A stretch of 64,000 bases of DNA from Dehalococcoidia bacterium. GTDB taxonomy: Bacteria > Chloroflexota > Dehalococcoidia > Dehalococcoidales > Fen-1064. This document shows positions 27,210 to 36,642 of the stretch, in pieces. The stretch lies in the NCBI GenBank assembly GCA_011170375.1, contig DUEV01000009.1, forward strand, positions 1,694 to 65,693. The letters are read 5' to 3'. The notes under the pieces are model-generated. The model was not told the DNA's origin. It ran no database searches and saw only the letters and a list, made by a program, of their open reading frames with translations. Position 1 is the stretch's first letter; each line of letters starts with the position of its first letter. The translations under genes and the position numbers were made by a program.

Positions 27210-28283
27210 TTAGCGGCGGCGTGCACTCTTGGCGGCTACCATCCGCGCCATGGCAGCCTGTGCCAGCGGTTCCAGGGCTTCTTCCGGGAAAGGGTATACT
27301 GCCTGGATGTTTACCTCGCACAGCATATAGGTATCCTCGCCGGTCGCGGTCTTTGGCCCGTACAGGAAGTCCGCATCCCAGATCGCCGGAAGCGACTCCG
27401 TGTCGATGCCCAGCAGCCGCTGCATCTGGGGGACCCACTCGGATTCAAGTATGGATTTTATCGCCTGAAACTCAGGCTTCTGTGGCCCGTAATACAGGCG
27501 CGGAGGGACTTCCGCAGCCTCAGGGCCAGCCTCGGGTGGCGGGGGAGGCACGAGCGCTTTGACGAACTGGAATCCGAAACCGGCTACCCGGTCTTGTACG
27601 AGGTAGCAACGAACCATCCCGTCTCCCAAACGTTCCATGAACGGCTGGTCAATCATACAGCCAGAATTGTCGAAGTAGGGCAGACAGCGTTGGACAAAGT
27701 CGCCAAGACGCATCTCCTCAATCACACTACCGCGCAACCCGTGAAGTACCCGCACGGCGGCTTCATTGGCAGGGGAGGCGCTGCGTACCAGCTCCACCTT
27801 CCAGGTGCCGTTACCACCATTGCCCCGGTGCTGCTTCACCACCCTTGGACCTGATGAGAGAAGCCGTGAAAGCCCCTCGGCTAACTCGTCAGGAGTATGA
27901 TACAGGTGAGTATCTGTCCCCCACCCGAGGTGGCGTGTGCGGTGGAGGACTTCTTTCGTGCCCATTTTCATGATGATGTCGGGATGGGCACTTACCCACA
28001 CGCCCTTTGACGCCACGTCCAGAAGTATCGCGTCCAGTCGCGACCGGTCCTGGCCCCTGACAATCGGGTCCACCCATACGAGTACGCCGTCCAGGCCCAT
28101 CAGTTGCTTGTGTACGTGGTCAGCGGCTTCATCCGAATAGACCACCGGCTTCCCGATGATTTGGAGGGCCTCCAGCGCGTCGAAAACGCCCCTCAACCTG
28201 TTTTCCTCGCGGGGCGGAGGTGGCTTTGTGGTATCACCCCGCCAGAGTATACCGATACGCCCGATGGCTGCGTTACTGGTCAT
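27210..28283 (-). CDS. conserved hypothetical protein (possibly ATP-grasp-like)
   Basis: 357 aa ORF with ordinary protein composition. I recognised no definitive motif, and the fold guess is weak. Confidence 0.4.
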   Translation of the reverse strand: MTSNAAIGRIGILWRGDTTKPPPPREENRLRGVFDALEALQIIGKPVVYSDEAADHVHKQLMGLDGVLVWVDPIVRGQDRSRLDAILLDVASKGVWVSAHPDIIMKMGTKEVLHRTRHLGWGTDTHLYHTPDELAEGLSRLLSSGPRVVKQHRGNGGNGTWKVELVRSASPANEAAVRVLHGLRGSVIEEMRLGDFVQRCLPYFDNSGCMIDQPFMERLGDGMVRCYLVQDRVAGFGFQFVKALVPPPPPEAGPEAAEVPPRLYYGPQKPEFQAIKSILESEWVPQMQRLLGIDTESLPAIWDADFLYGPKTATGEDTYMLCEVNIQAVYPFPEEALEPLAQAAMARMVAAKSARRR

Positions 28284-28396
28284 GGCATTGCACCCCGTTC
28301 AGTAGCAGTATGTAACCAGAGCTAATGGTAGGGCTTGAAGGATATGTTGTCAAGGAGATTCCCGACTTCTAAACTCGGTAGTTTTCAGTGTCATTC

Positions 28397-28450
28397 CCCC
28401 ACCCCACCGTCGCAAATGCTCTGGGAAAACAGCCGAAGCGCGATCAACAG
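28397..28450. repeat. ~55-nt intergenic repeat, copy 3
   Basis: CCCCACCCCACCGTCGCAAATGCTCTGGGAAAACAGCCG... aligns with copies 1 and 2. Confidence 0.7.
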
Positions 28451-28473
28451 GTAAACAGGCTATCGAGAAATAG

Positions 28474-28513
28474 TTGACAAACCAATGAGAATGGGATATG
28501 CTACTTAGGTAGC
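28474..28513 (+). promoter_or_regulatory. sigma70-like promoter (-35 TTGACA, 17 nt spacer, -10 TATGCT) overlapped by the inverted repeat GCTAC-TTAG-GTAGC, upstream of marR
   Basis: TTGACA lies at 28474..28479 and TATGCT at 28497..28502. The inverted repeat at 28500..28513 overlaps the -10/TSS region, which is a typical position for a MarR operator. Confidence 0.45.
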
Positions 28514-28562
28514 AACTAATTATTCTTTAATACACAATGATTAGTATAGAGCTAATAATCCT

Positions 28563-29009
28563 GTGAAACAGGGCGACACTGAGAGACTGGTTCGGCAGAT
28601 TCTGCAACGAGCCGAGGATATCTATAACATGTTTTCGCCCGGCATACCAGTCGAGTGGTTTTCATCGGACCTGACGGTAGCCCAATTACGTGTTCTACTG
28701 GTGCTCCAATCATCGGGAGCTAGTCGGATGAGTGATATTGCTTCGATTCTTGATGTCGCTTTACCAACCGCTACCGGCATTGTCGATAAGCTGGTCAAGA
28801 AAGAACTGGTTATCCGAGAGGCCGACTTGCAGGACCGGAGGCTGGTCATCTGCAGGCTGTCAGACGCTGGGCAGGAGCTTATTAATCGACTGTGGACATT
28901 TGGTCAGTTTCAGATGGAGAGGCTCCTTAACGGGCTTACTGAAGAAGAGCTTGAGAAGGCAGCCGAAGTGGCCGAAATTCTATTTGACAATCTGACAAGT
29001 AATAAATAA
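28563..29009 (+). CDS. MarR family transcriptional regulator
   Basis: 148 aa with the winged-helix pattern (LTVAQLRVLLVL....MSDIA..L....ATGIVDKLVKKELV.R..D..DRR). The GTG start is uncertain. Confidence 0.8.
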   Translation: MKQGDTERLVRQILQRAEDIYNMFSPGIPVEWFSSDLTVAQLRVLLVLQSSGASRMSDIASILDVALPTATGIVDKLVKKELVIREADLQDRRLVICRLSDAGQELINRLWTFGQFQMERLLNGLTEEELEKAAEVAEILFDNLTSNK

Positions 29010-29032
29010 CCCTCAAGGGTGGAGGTGGGGCA

Positions 29033-31447
29033 GTGAAGAGACTACCCGTAATATTGGCCCGGTTCATCGCACGGCATCCATGGTGGATTGTTTTGGGAGT
29101 CCTGGTACTGACCGCAGCGACAGCACCAGGTATCAGCATGCTAGAAATCGAGACAGGCTTTGACGCGCTGATCTCGAGTGATTCGGATATAGCGCAGGGT
29201 GATTCGCGCTACGAGGAGCAGTTTGGGGGAGACCCCATAACAGTGATCCTGACCGGTCAGATACAAGAGATACTTTCGGCTGACAACCTGATGATTTTAA
29301 GCCAACTCGAGCAGCAGATTTCCGAGGACAGTCGCTACCGGGCAATTATCAGTCCGTTGACCCTGTTACAGACGGCAATTGAAGAGGCGGATAGAGCATG
29401 GCAGACGCTACAGGAACACATAGCCACTGGCCAGGATGAGGCGGCTGCTCTGGCAAGACAGGCCGCCGCCGAGCAGGGCTTATCTGAAATACAACAGGAG
29501 GCGGCGGCACAGCAGGCACGTGCCGATGTCCTGCAGGAATTCCAGCCACAACTGGCCCAGATGCAGGCAATAGGAGAACCGTCACTGGGTACCCCGGTTT
29601 TTGTAGCCGCCGTTCTCTACAACTCTGACGGCACTATCAGTGACACAATGAGCGCACTCATTCCGGATGACCAGCACGCCCTGGTGATGATTACGCCGAC
29701 GGGGAACATGGCCCATAGTGTAGCCCTGGAGGCGGCTACGGATATCGAGAACTTTTTCTCCTCCCACCCCCTGTCCGGGGTAGAAATCTCCGTAATCGCC
29801 GATACCAAGCTCGTGGAGGCCGTCAGCAACTCTATGGGGCAGGGCATGATGGTCCTTCTCGGCATGTCTGTGGGTGTCATGGTTTTAATTCTGTTCGTCA
29901 TGTTTCGCGTACGCTGGCGCCTGTTGTCCCTGCTCATGGTGGGTCTCGGCGCCCTCTGGACCTTCGGCATAATGGGCTACGCTTCGGTGCCGCTGTCAAT
30001 GGTCACCATGGCAGTACTACCGATACTGATTGGGCTGGGAATCGACTACTCGATACAGTTCCACAACCGCTATCAGGAAGAACTCACCAGAAGCAGGTCG
30101 GTCGCGGAGGCGATTATCAGCTCCATATCACGCATGTTCCCCGTGGTTGGCATTGCATTGCTGGCAACCATAATCGGTTTCATCACCCTGTATATTTCTC
30201 CGGTACCAATGGTACGTGACTTTGGCGTGATGCTGGCTGTAGGGGTCGTCTTCAGCTATGTGGCAGGTCTGTTTCTGCTCTACAGCATCGTGTATCTGGC
30301 GGACAGGAAAGTATCCATCACCACACTGGGCAAGGAGGCAACGAAAGCGAGCGGCCGTATCGAACGGTCCCTATCGGCAATCGCGAGACTGGCTGTACGT
30401 TACCCGCTCCCTATTTTCTTGATAGCGCTTATTTTTGCAGTTGGCGGCGGTATTGTGGACCACCTGCTTCCGACAGTCACCGACTACGAAGGGCTGGTGC
30501 CTCAGGAACTGGAAGAACTAGGGGAATTACGGGAATTGCGTGAGATAGTTGGTAGCGAGTTCGAGATTTACTTCATGGTTGAGGCAGATGATGTGACCAG
30601 TCCTGAGGTCTTAAACTGGCTGAAGGGACATCAGGAGGAACTCATGGCACTTAACCCCGAGCTACTCTCGACCAATAGCCTGGCTACCCTCGTCAGTGAG
30701 GCGGCGGGAGGGGTGATACCGACTGAGCAGCAGATTGCCGGCATACTTGAGAATCTTCCATCCCTCTATCTTGAACAAGTCCTGTCCGACGACCACCAGA
30801 TGGCCAGCGTATCATTCAGTATTCCGCATATGTCACTCGAGGAGATACATGACCTTCTCGAGCAATCGACAGACAGTGCTCAACCACCAGATGGGGTGAA
30901 AATATCATCGGTTGGCACTGTTGCTCTGACAGCGGAGACCATTAACACCATGGTCGGAACCAGGCACTTAATGAACCTGCTGTGCCTTGGCGCTGTATTT
31001 ATTGTCCTGCTGGCAGTATATCGGCGTATCGGTCCTGTTATATTTACGGTGTTACCTGTTGGTGCGGTGATAGCGTGGTCATCACTGGATATGTACATCA
31101 GCGGCATTCCCCTCGACCCTATTACGGCCGTCGTGGGCATAATCATAATCGGCATTTGCACCGAATTCATGGTGCTGCTGTTCGGAAGGTACGAGGAAGA
31201 AAAACGACAGGGCCAATCACCCCGTGACGCCATGGTGACGTCGATATCAAGAATAGGACGAGCTATTGTCACCACCGCCATTACTACCCTGGGTGGCTTC
31301 GGTGTGCTGATAATCTCTAACTTCGTAATGATACGTAACTTCGGTATCGCGACGGTGCTGGGCGTCTTCCTCTGCCTGCTGATAACCATCACCGTTATGC
31401 CGGGAATAATTGTCTGGTTCGAAGAACGGGTACGCAGGAAAGTCTGA
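29033..31447 (+). CDS. MMPL/RND-superfamily membrane transporter
   Basis: 804 aa with two blocks of about 6 TM helices separated by large soluble loops. It is translationally adjacent to marR. Confidence 0.75.
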   Translation: MKRLPVILARFIARHPWWIVLGVLVLTAATAPGISMLEIETGFDALISSDSDIAQGDSRYEEQFGGDPITVILTGQIQEILSADNLMILSQLEQQISEDSRYRAIISPLTLLQTAIEEADRAWQTLQEHIATGQDEAAALARQAAAEQGLSEIQQEAAAQQARADVLQEFQPQLAQMQAIGEPSLGTPVFVAAVLYNSDGTISDTMSALIPDDQHALVMITPTGNMAHSVALEAATDIENFFSSHPLSGVEISVIADTKLVEAVSNSMGQGMMVLLGMSVGVMVLILFVMFRVRWRLLSLLMVGLGALWTFGIMGYASVPLSMVTMAVLPILIGLGIDYSIQFHNRYQEELTRSRSVAEAIISSISRMFPVVGIALLATIIGFITLYISPVPMVRDFGVMLAVGVVFSYVAGLFLLYSIVYLADRKVSITTLGKEATKASGRIERSLSAIARLAVRYPLPIFLIALIFAVGGGIVDHLLPTVTDYEGLVPQELEELGELRELREIVGSEFEIYFMVEADDVTSPEVLNWLKGHQEELMALNPELLSTNSLATLVSEAAGGVIPTEQQIAGILENLPSLYLEQVLSDDHQMASVSFSIPHMSLEEIHDLLEQSTDSAQPPDGVKISSVGTVALTAETINTMVGTRHLMNLLCLGAVFIVLLAVYRRIGPVIFTVLPVGAVIAWSSLDMYISGIPLDPITAVVGIIIIGICTEFMVLLFGRYEEEKRQGQSPRDAMVTSISRIGRAIVTTAITTLGGFGVLIISNFVMIRNFGIATVLGVFLCLLITITVMPGIIVWFEERVRRKV

Positions 31448-31717
31448 TATTTAGATTGTCGGTTGATCTAGCGTGTTGACAACTAATAGTCTAATAGTCT
31501 TGGTATTTACGAAAATGCCTGAGAAGCCTCTCCCTTTCAGATAATTGCCGGGTGTGTAGAGGTTACTAAAGACAGGTGAACTGTTCCCCCCCTTTCAGTT
31601 CTCAAGCTTGTCCTTTTGGGTCATATAGTTGACCCCTTGGGACTTTCAAACCTGATACAGTGGGTCTAGAATCTTAGTTGCTAGGACAATCCCGGCGCAT
31701 TTGAAACGGGGAGGATT

Positions 31718-32158
31718 ATGGGGGCTATGAATACTACTGCGAACGAGACGTCCTCTGCGGACAGGGTAAAAGAGTTGATCCAGATAGTGGAGAGTCTCGC
31801 CGAGCAGGTCAGGCGTTGGCAAGATAAGCAGGAAAAGACATACTCCTCAGGCCTTGAGGCCCTGAAGAGTCAGGTGGATGAGATAGGGAGTGAATTAAAT
31901 AACGTCTCTTCATGCATTAATACCTACAATGAAGTGCTGGAATCTGTCCCTAAATCGTCTCTGGGGGCTACCGAGATACCGGTCCTGGAGCACCTGGCGC
32001 TTAGAGTTACCCACATGGAGAGGTGGGTTGCCAAGCTGGAGGAGAAGTTTAGAAAAGATGCCTCAATGGCGAGGAAGCAGTTCTATGTCTCTCTGGTTAC
32101 TTTGGCTGCCGCAGCTGTGTTCTTGGGGGTAGCGGTCTGGCATGGGCTGAGTGGTTGA
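31718..32158 (+). CDS. hypothetical coiled-coil protein with C-terminal TM anchor
   Basis: 146 aa with heptad-rich sequence and a C-terminal hydrophobic helix (YVSLVTLAAAAVFLGVAVW). Confidence 0.5.
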   Translation: MGAMNTTANETSSADRVKELIQIVESLAEQVRRWQDKQEKTYSSGLEALKSQVDEIGSELNNVSSCINTYNEVLESVPKSSLGATEIPVLEHLALRVTHMERWVAKLEEKFRKDASMARKQFYVSLVTLAAAAVFLGVAVWHGLSG

Positions 32159-32245
32159 CGGAAAACTTTATTAATGAGCAGGGGTGTACCCTCTAATATA
32201 TCAATATCAGGGTATAACAAGTATTAAAGGAGGTTTTTGGGGAAG

Positions 32246-33346
32246 ATGGAAATAATGGGTAGAGAATTCCGCCTTGTTAAGAATGGCCTTGACCCGGAGG
32301 AGGTCATCGAGTTCCTGAAGGCGGCCACCGCCTCGAGTGATGATGCCTTCAAGCGTTTGGAGGAGTTCTCCGCGTTACAGGCGGTTACGAAGACGATGGA
32401 GGAATCGATAACACAGGCGAAACGTCTGGCGGAACATGCCAAGAAACAGGCGGAGGTGGAGGCTCGGCAAGGGAAAGACAGGACAATAAGTGAGGCGAGG
32501 CAGCAGGCTCAGGCGATGATCGACCGGGTGAGGGAGAGCTGCACTGCCTTAATTGATGATGTCCGTTCCGTTCTGTCGAGCAATCTAACTAAGGCTTTCG
32601 AGCAGGCGAGGGAAACCGTCTCCAACAATCTTAAGGACCTGGACAGGAGTTTCCAGAAGGTGATTGATGCACCGCACAGCCAGTCGGATGTAGAAAGCGA
32701 GCAGCCTGACCCGGAACCATCAGACCGGCCGACTGACTCTGCTGTTGCTGCTACCGATGAAGCGGAGGCGGCAGAGCCGGAGGAGCCGGAAGAGGATTCT
32801 ACCCTTGATCTAGCAGATCTGCAACAGAGCTTGCTGGACTTAGAGAACAGCCTTACGAGTTTGCATAATAGTAGGGACGGCGTAGAGAGTGAGACGGAAC
32901 TCAAGCCTTCCACTCAGGAGTCTGGTTATGATGTTGAAGACAAGAAGGAGTCGCCTAGTGCAGAGGCACCTGCCGATGAACCGGGCGATGATAACCATCG
33001 TTATAGTGGTGAGGTAGTGGTGTCGATTCCTGCCGGTGCTGATGAGTCATGGATGCGGGAACTACGACAGCGTACGCTTGAACTGCCGGGTGTACACATC
33101 CGGGCGGAATCAGGTACGGATGACAAAACGACCCTGGTGACACTGTCGCTTGGGGAACCTGTGGCACTGCTTCCCATGCTGCAGGCAATGCCGAAGGTGA
33201 GCAGGGTTGTTGAAGACCAGGCTAAGGAAGAATCTTCGGGTAAGTCGCGATTCAACCTGCTGCAGAAGGCCCCGAAGAAACAAAAGCAACCTACCATCAC
33301 AGTAGAGCTTGACACGGACTCCTACAATGTACCTGTTCTGCTGTGA
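32246..33346 (+). CDS. DivIVA-domain-like protein with acidic linker and unknown C-terminal domain (paralog 1)
   Basis: GREFRLVKNGLDPEEVIEFL resembles the DivIVA N-terminal motif (F..x.RGYD..EVD.FL). A coiled coil and a D/E/S/P-rich linker follow. An AAGGAGG RBS precedes the ATG at 32246. Confidence 0.55.
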   Translation: MEIMGREFRLVKNGLDPEEVIEFLKAATASSDDAFKRLEEFSALQAVTKTMEESITQAKRLAEHAKKQAEVEARQGKDRTISEARQQAQAMIDRVRESCTALIDDVRSVLSSNLTKAFEQARETVSNNLKDLDRSFQKVIDAPHSQSDVESEQPDPEPSDRPTDSAVAATDEAEAAEPEEPEEDSTLDLADLQQSLLDLENSLTSLHNSRDGVESETELKPSTQESGYDVEDKKESPSAEAPADEPGDDNHRYSGEVVVSIPAGADESWMRELRQRTLELPGVHIRAESGTDDKTTLVTLSLGEPVALLPMLQAMPKVSRVVEDQAKEESSGKSRFNLLQKAPKKQKQPTITVELDTDSYNVPVLL

Positions 33347-33447
33347 GGTCCACTAGCAGACCTATGTCAGTACCTTTGATTGTCCGTATCGAGACCCAAA
33401 GTACTATTCACATCTTGAGGGCTTGAGCTTAGAATTAGAGTACGAGT

Positions 33448-34554
33448 ATGAGCGTAGTGGATTCAAAGAACAGGTCTGATTCTCCTGCCGAGTCGAAGTC
33501 GCTAGGGACGAGGGAGGGAAGTTACGTGGAACTACTTGGCAGAGAATTCCGTGTCGTTGAGCAGGGCCTTGACCCGGAGGAGGTCATGGCATTCCTGCAG
33601 GCAACTGCTGGCTCGAGTTATGATGCCTTCAAGCGGCTGGAACAGTTCTCCGCGTTGCAGGCGGCGGCGAAGACGATGGGGGACTCGATAGCACAGGCCA
33701 GGCGTCTGGCAGAGTACGCTAAGAAACAGGCGGAGACCGAAGCCCAGCAGAAGAAGGCTCAAGCAGCTGAGGAAGCGCAACGACAGGCTACAGCGATAAT
33801 TGGCCAGGCGAGAGAGAGCTGTATTAGCTTTGTCGATAGCACTCATACGGCTCTTCTTGAGGCTATCAAGGAGGCTCTTGGGCAGGCCAGGGAAACGGTC
33901 TCCCATAGTCTAGCAAGTATACATCAGGGTATTGAGGAGGCCGCGGGGCCGCACCTTGCCCAGCAGCGGGAAGCAGATGTCGAGCAGGCTACGGAACAGT
34001 CATCAGGCTCCAAGGAGGGGTCTGCTGATGTCAATCCGGATGATGAAGTGACGGAAGAAGAGGAACTGAAAAAGGCAGTTCCTGACCTGCTCCGTCTCTC
34101 CGGAGATTCAACAGGTCCAGGCAGGAGTGAGCCCTTGCCTGATGAGACGCCGGTGGTAGACTCAGAAAGTGGGGGAACCAGCAGTACTGAAGCTCTGGGG
34201 TTAGCGGACGGTGAGTTGGTCGAAGCGACTGATGCCCCCTATAGCGGCAGTATTAGAGTGATAATACCCCGTGGTACAAAAGAAACGTGGATGCAGCAGT
34301 TTCAGGACCGTATGTCCAGGATACCGGGGGTGCGGATTCAGGGAGAGTCGGAACGTGATAATGAGAGGATCGAGGTGACATTGTCGCTGGAGAAACCTGT
34401 TGAAATACTGCCCTTGCTACAGGAACTGCCGAATGTGAGGAAGGTAATGGAGGCGTGGAATAGCAATGGCTCTCCTGAAGAACGGGGTGCAGGACAAGCT
34501 CATCAGGTCTCCAAGGATTCGGGAGAAGTGGCTCTGATACTGCAGTTTGCCTAG
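33448..34554 (+). CDS. DivIVA-domain-like protein (paralog 2)
   Basis: GREFRVVEQGLDPEEVMAFL and the same architecture. Both the N- and C-terminal domains can be aligned with 32246..33346. Confidence 0.55.
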   Translation: MSVVDSKNRSDSPAESKSLGTREGSYVELLGREFRVVEQGLDPEEVMAFLQATAGSSYDAFKRLEQFSALQAAAKTMGDSIAQARRLAEYAKKQAETEAQQKKAQAAEEAQRQATAIIGQARESCISFVDSTHTALLEAIKEALGQARETVSHSLASIHQGIEEAAGPHLAQQREADVEQATEQSSGSKEGSADVNPDDEVTEEEELKKAVPDLLRLSGDSTGPGRSEPLPDETPVVDSESGGTSSTEALGLADGELVEATDAPYSGSIRVIIPRGTKETWMQQFQDRMSRIPGVRIQGESERDNERIEVTLSLEKPVEILPLLQELPNVRKVMEAWNSNGSPEERGAGQAHQVSKDSGEVALILQFA

Positions 34555-34588
34555 TGAGATAAAGGACGTTCAAACAGTAATGGATTAA

Positions 34589-34616
34589 GGGAGTCCCAGC
34601 CGGGACTCCCTTTTTT
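34589..34616. terminator. intrinsic terminator between convergent genes
   Basis: GGGAGTCCC-AGCC-GGGACTCCC followed by TTTTTT. Confidence 0.8.
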
Positions 34617-34662
34617 GTGTTAGTAGACCACCTGCCAGCTTGACATGGTCTGGTTTGCCCTC

Positions 34663-35229
34663 TTAATCAACCTCTTCATATTCTTGGTCGGGGCCACTTT
34701 CGGCAATTTGCGGTTGAATTATATATTGCCCACTTTGACCAGCCTTGACGACGGTAACATCGTAGACAAACTCGGTAACTTCATCCTCTATTATTTCAAA
34801 AGGATAGGAAATTTGTAGTCTGCCGCTGGGTAGCTTTATGGTGTACCCATCTTCGTTCGGGACCCCTATGATCTCGCTTGCATAGATGAAGACCTTGATA
34901 TATGTGCCTTCCTCAAGTTGCCCAGTCCAGATTTCTGTGGCTTTGCTCCCCTCTAGGTCGGTCAAGTCTACTATCTCTACCGGGTCAAGCTCAAACTCGA
35001 GCCAGGAACCCGAATCCCCGCTCTGGTGCACACCAATCTTGGTGATGGTCACATTTAGCTCTTCGAAATCACCGATGGCATTGACCTCATCGCTAATCAG
35101 GAGGCGGAAGTTCACGTCTTCCGGGTTCGTGTTGTCGTATGCCTCCATTAGCGTTGTCAGACCTTCACAGCCTCCGGCAGTTAGTGCAAGTAGCGCCAGA
35201 AGTACCGTAACTGCCAGGTATCTTTTCAT
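34663..35229 (-). CDS. DUF4382-like lipoprotein
   Basis: A signal peptide ending in LTAGGC, with a beta-rich mature part (NVTITKIGVHQSG..W.EF) that resembles DUF4382. Confidence 0.5.
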   Translation of the reverse strand: MKRYLAVTVLLALLALTAGGCEGLTTLMEAYDNTNPEDVNFRLLISDEVNAIGDFEELNVTITKIGVHQSGDSGSWLEFELDPVEIVDLTDLEGSKATEIWTGQLEEGTYIKVFIYASEIIGVPNEDGYTIKLPSGRLQISYPFEIIEDEVTEFVYDVTVVKAGQSGQYIIQPQIAESGPDQEYEEVD

Positions 35230-35266
35230 TTTCGGCCTCCTTGCGAACCCCTCGGACCGATATGCG

Positions 35267-36103
35267 TTATGGGTTCACCTGCCAGCAGGTTATGCTTGTC
35301 GTACCACTCTCCCAGAAGCCAGTCCTGATTGTGGCTATCACCGTACCGTTAGCGTCTTTAGCTTGAGCGGTAACCGTAAACGGACTGCTGTCCGTATCCC
35401 AGACGGTACCCTCGTCCTGTCTACGTGCTTCGACGCAGCAGTGGCCTTCGACCCCGGAAACATCGGGAGGACCGCTTAGCTCAAAGAAATGTACTCGTGA
35501 TTCGGTCATCGGTATAGTGGGATAAGGGTCAAACTGCCAGTAGATTGTTATACCCGTGGTGGCATCACCGACCACCATAGGGTCATCATTATAGAGGTCT
35601 CCACCGGTTGAACCCGTCACATAATCGAGGCCCGGAGGGAAATCAATCAGAATCCCCTCTATTTTTATATTCCCATCGCCGTCGTTGGTTATTGTTATAG
35701 TGTAGGTGTATATCCCCTCATCATAAGTTATTGATTTGTCAATTATCAGCCAATCGGCATGCACCCCGAAATCCCCTATCTCTACCCCGGCAATGGTGGT
35801 AATCTTATCAATCACCACGTCTACCGTCATGCCGTTAATGTCGGTAAGCTCGTAGGAGTGGGGGAAATTATCAGGAATAGCGTTTATCATTTTCCACAGA
35901 GCGTCTTCTACACCGGCTTCGGCAGCGTAGAGGGCTTCCATCTTCTCTTCAAAGACCTCCCCGGTCTCGATGCTGGTGGCGGCGAAGTTGAGAGTAGGTA
36001 TCACAAGCACGCTACCAAGTGTCATCATTATCAGGACAACGAGCAGGGTCACGCCCTCTTCCCCTCGAGCTATCTTAGAAAACAATTTCTTCATATTCTT
36101 CAT
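35267..36103 (-). CDS. PilX-N-like pilus/pseudopilus-associated protein
   Basis: N-terminal hydrophobic helix (GVTLLVVLIMMTLGSVLV) followed by AAEAGVEDALW, as in PilX N-terminal domains. It lacks Glu at +5. Confidence 0.5.
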   Translation of the reverse strand: MKNMKKLFSKIARGEEGVTLLVVLIMMTLGSVLVIPTLNFAATSIETGEVFEEKMEALYAAEAGVEDALWKMINAIPDNFPHSYELTDINGMTVDVVIDKITTIAGVEIGDFGVHADWLIIDKSITYDEGIYTYTITITNDGDGNIKIEGILIDFPPGLDYVTGSTGGDLYNDDPMVVGDATTGITIYWQFDPYPTIPMTESRVHFFELSGPPDVSGVEGHCCVEARRQDEGTVWDTDSSPFTVTAQAKDANGTVIATIRTGFWESGTTSITCWQVNP

Positions 36104-36123
36104 AGGTGTGTAACACTCTAAGT

Positions 36124-36642
36124 TTATTCCTGGAGTCTCTGACTGATTTCATATTCTCGTGTGACACTCTTGTCACCGGAGTGAGTTTCCACCGTTAGTC
36201 TCCATGAACCAGTCTGGGGGGTAAGGGTTGCTGAGTAGATGTTGTCTGCTATCAGAGCTGTCGTGTTGCTCAATTCCACGCTCCCGGTATCACGGACGAC
36301 CTGGTTTCTCTTGAGTTGTTTCAGCGAGTCAGCCGAATCAAACCACAGGTAACGGGTGTCATAGGTGTACCCGTTCTCCCAGTCCTTCCAGAAGAGGGAA
36401 ATAAACTCGAGCTCAGCGGTTTCAGGATCATCGCCGATGTCAATAGTACTTACTGTCAGCGCATCCTGACTGACCCAATAGCCAACACTCTGGGCTTGGC
36501 GCAGCGCCACGTTCCAGTCGCTGTTTTGTTGAGAACCCCTGAAAATCTGTGCGGTGGTCATGCCTGCACCAGCGGCGAGCAGTGCCGAAATGCTGATGGT
36601 TATTAGTAACTCGACTAGGGAGTAGCCCTTCTCGCTCTTCAT
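36124..36642 (-). CDS. prepilin-type N-terminal cleavage/methylation domain protein (pseudopilin)
   Basis: MKSEKG/YSLVELLITISISALLAAG, a classic G-cleavage site with Glu at +5. Confidence 0.75.
   Translation of the reverse strand: MKSEKGYSLVELLITISISALLAAGAGMTTAQIFRGSQQNSDWNVALRQAQSVGYWVSQDALTVSTIDIGDDPETAELEFISLFWKDWENGYTYDTRYLWFDSADSLKQLKRNQVVRDTGSVELSNTTALIADNIYSATLTPQTGSWRLTVETHSGDKSVTREYEISQRLQE

Noticed and set aside
27198-27854. 218-aa and 120-aa plus-strand ORFs
   Set aside because: They are antisense to the longer 357-aa ORF at 27210..28283. Their translations are Arg/Pro/Gly-rich and look like typical antisense artefacts.
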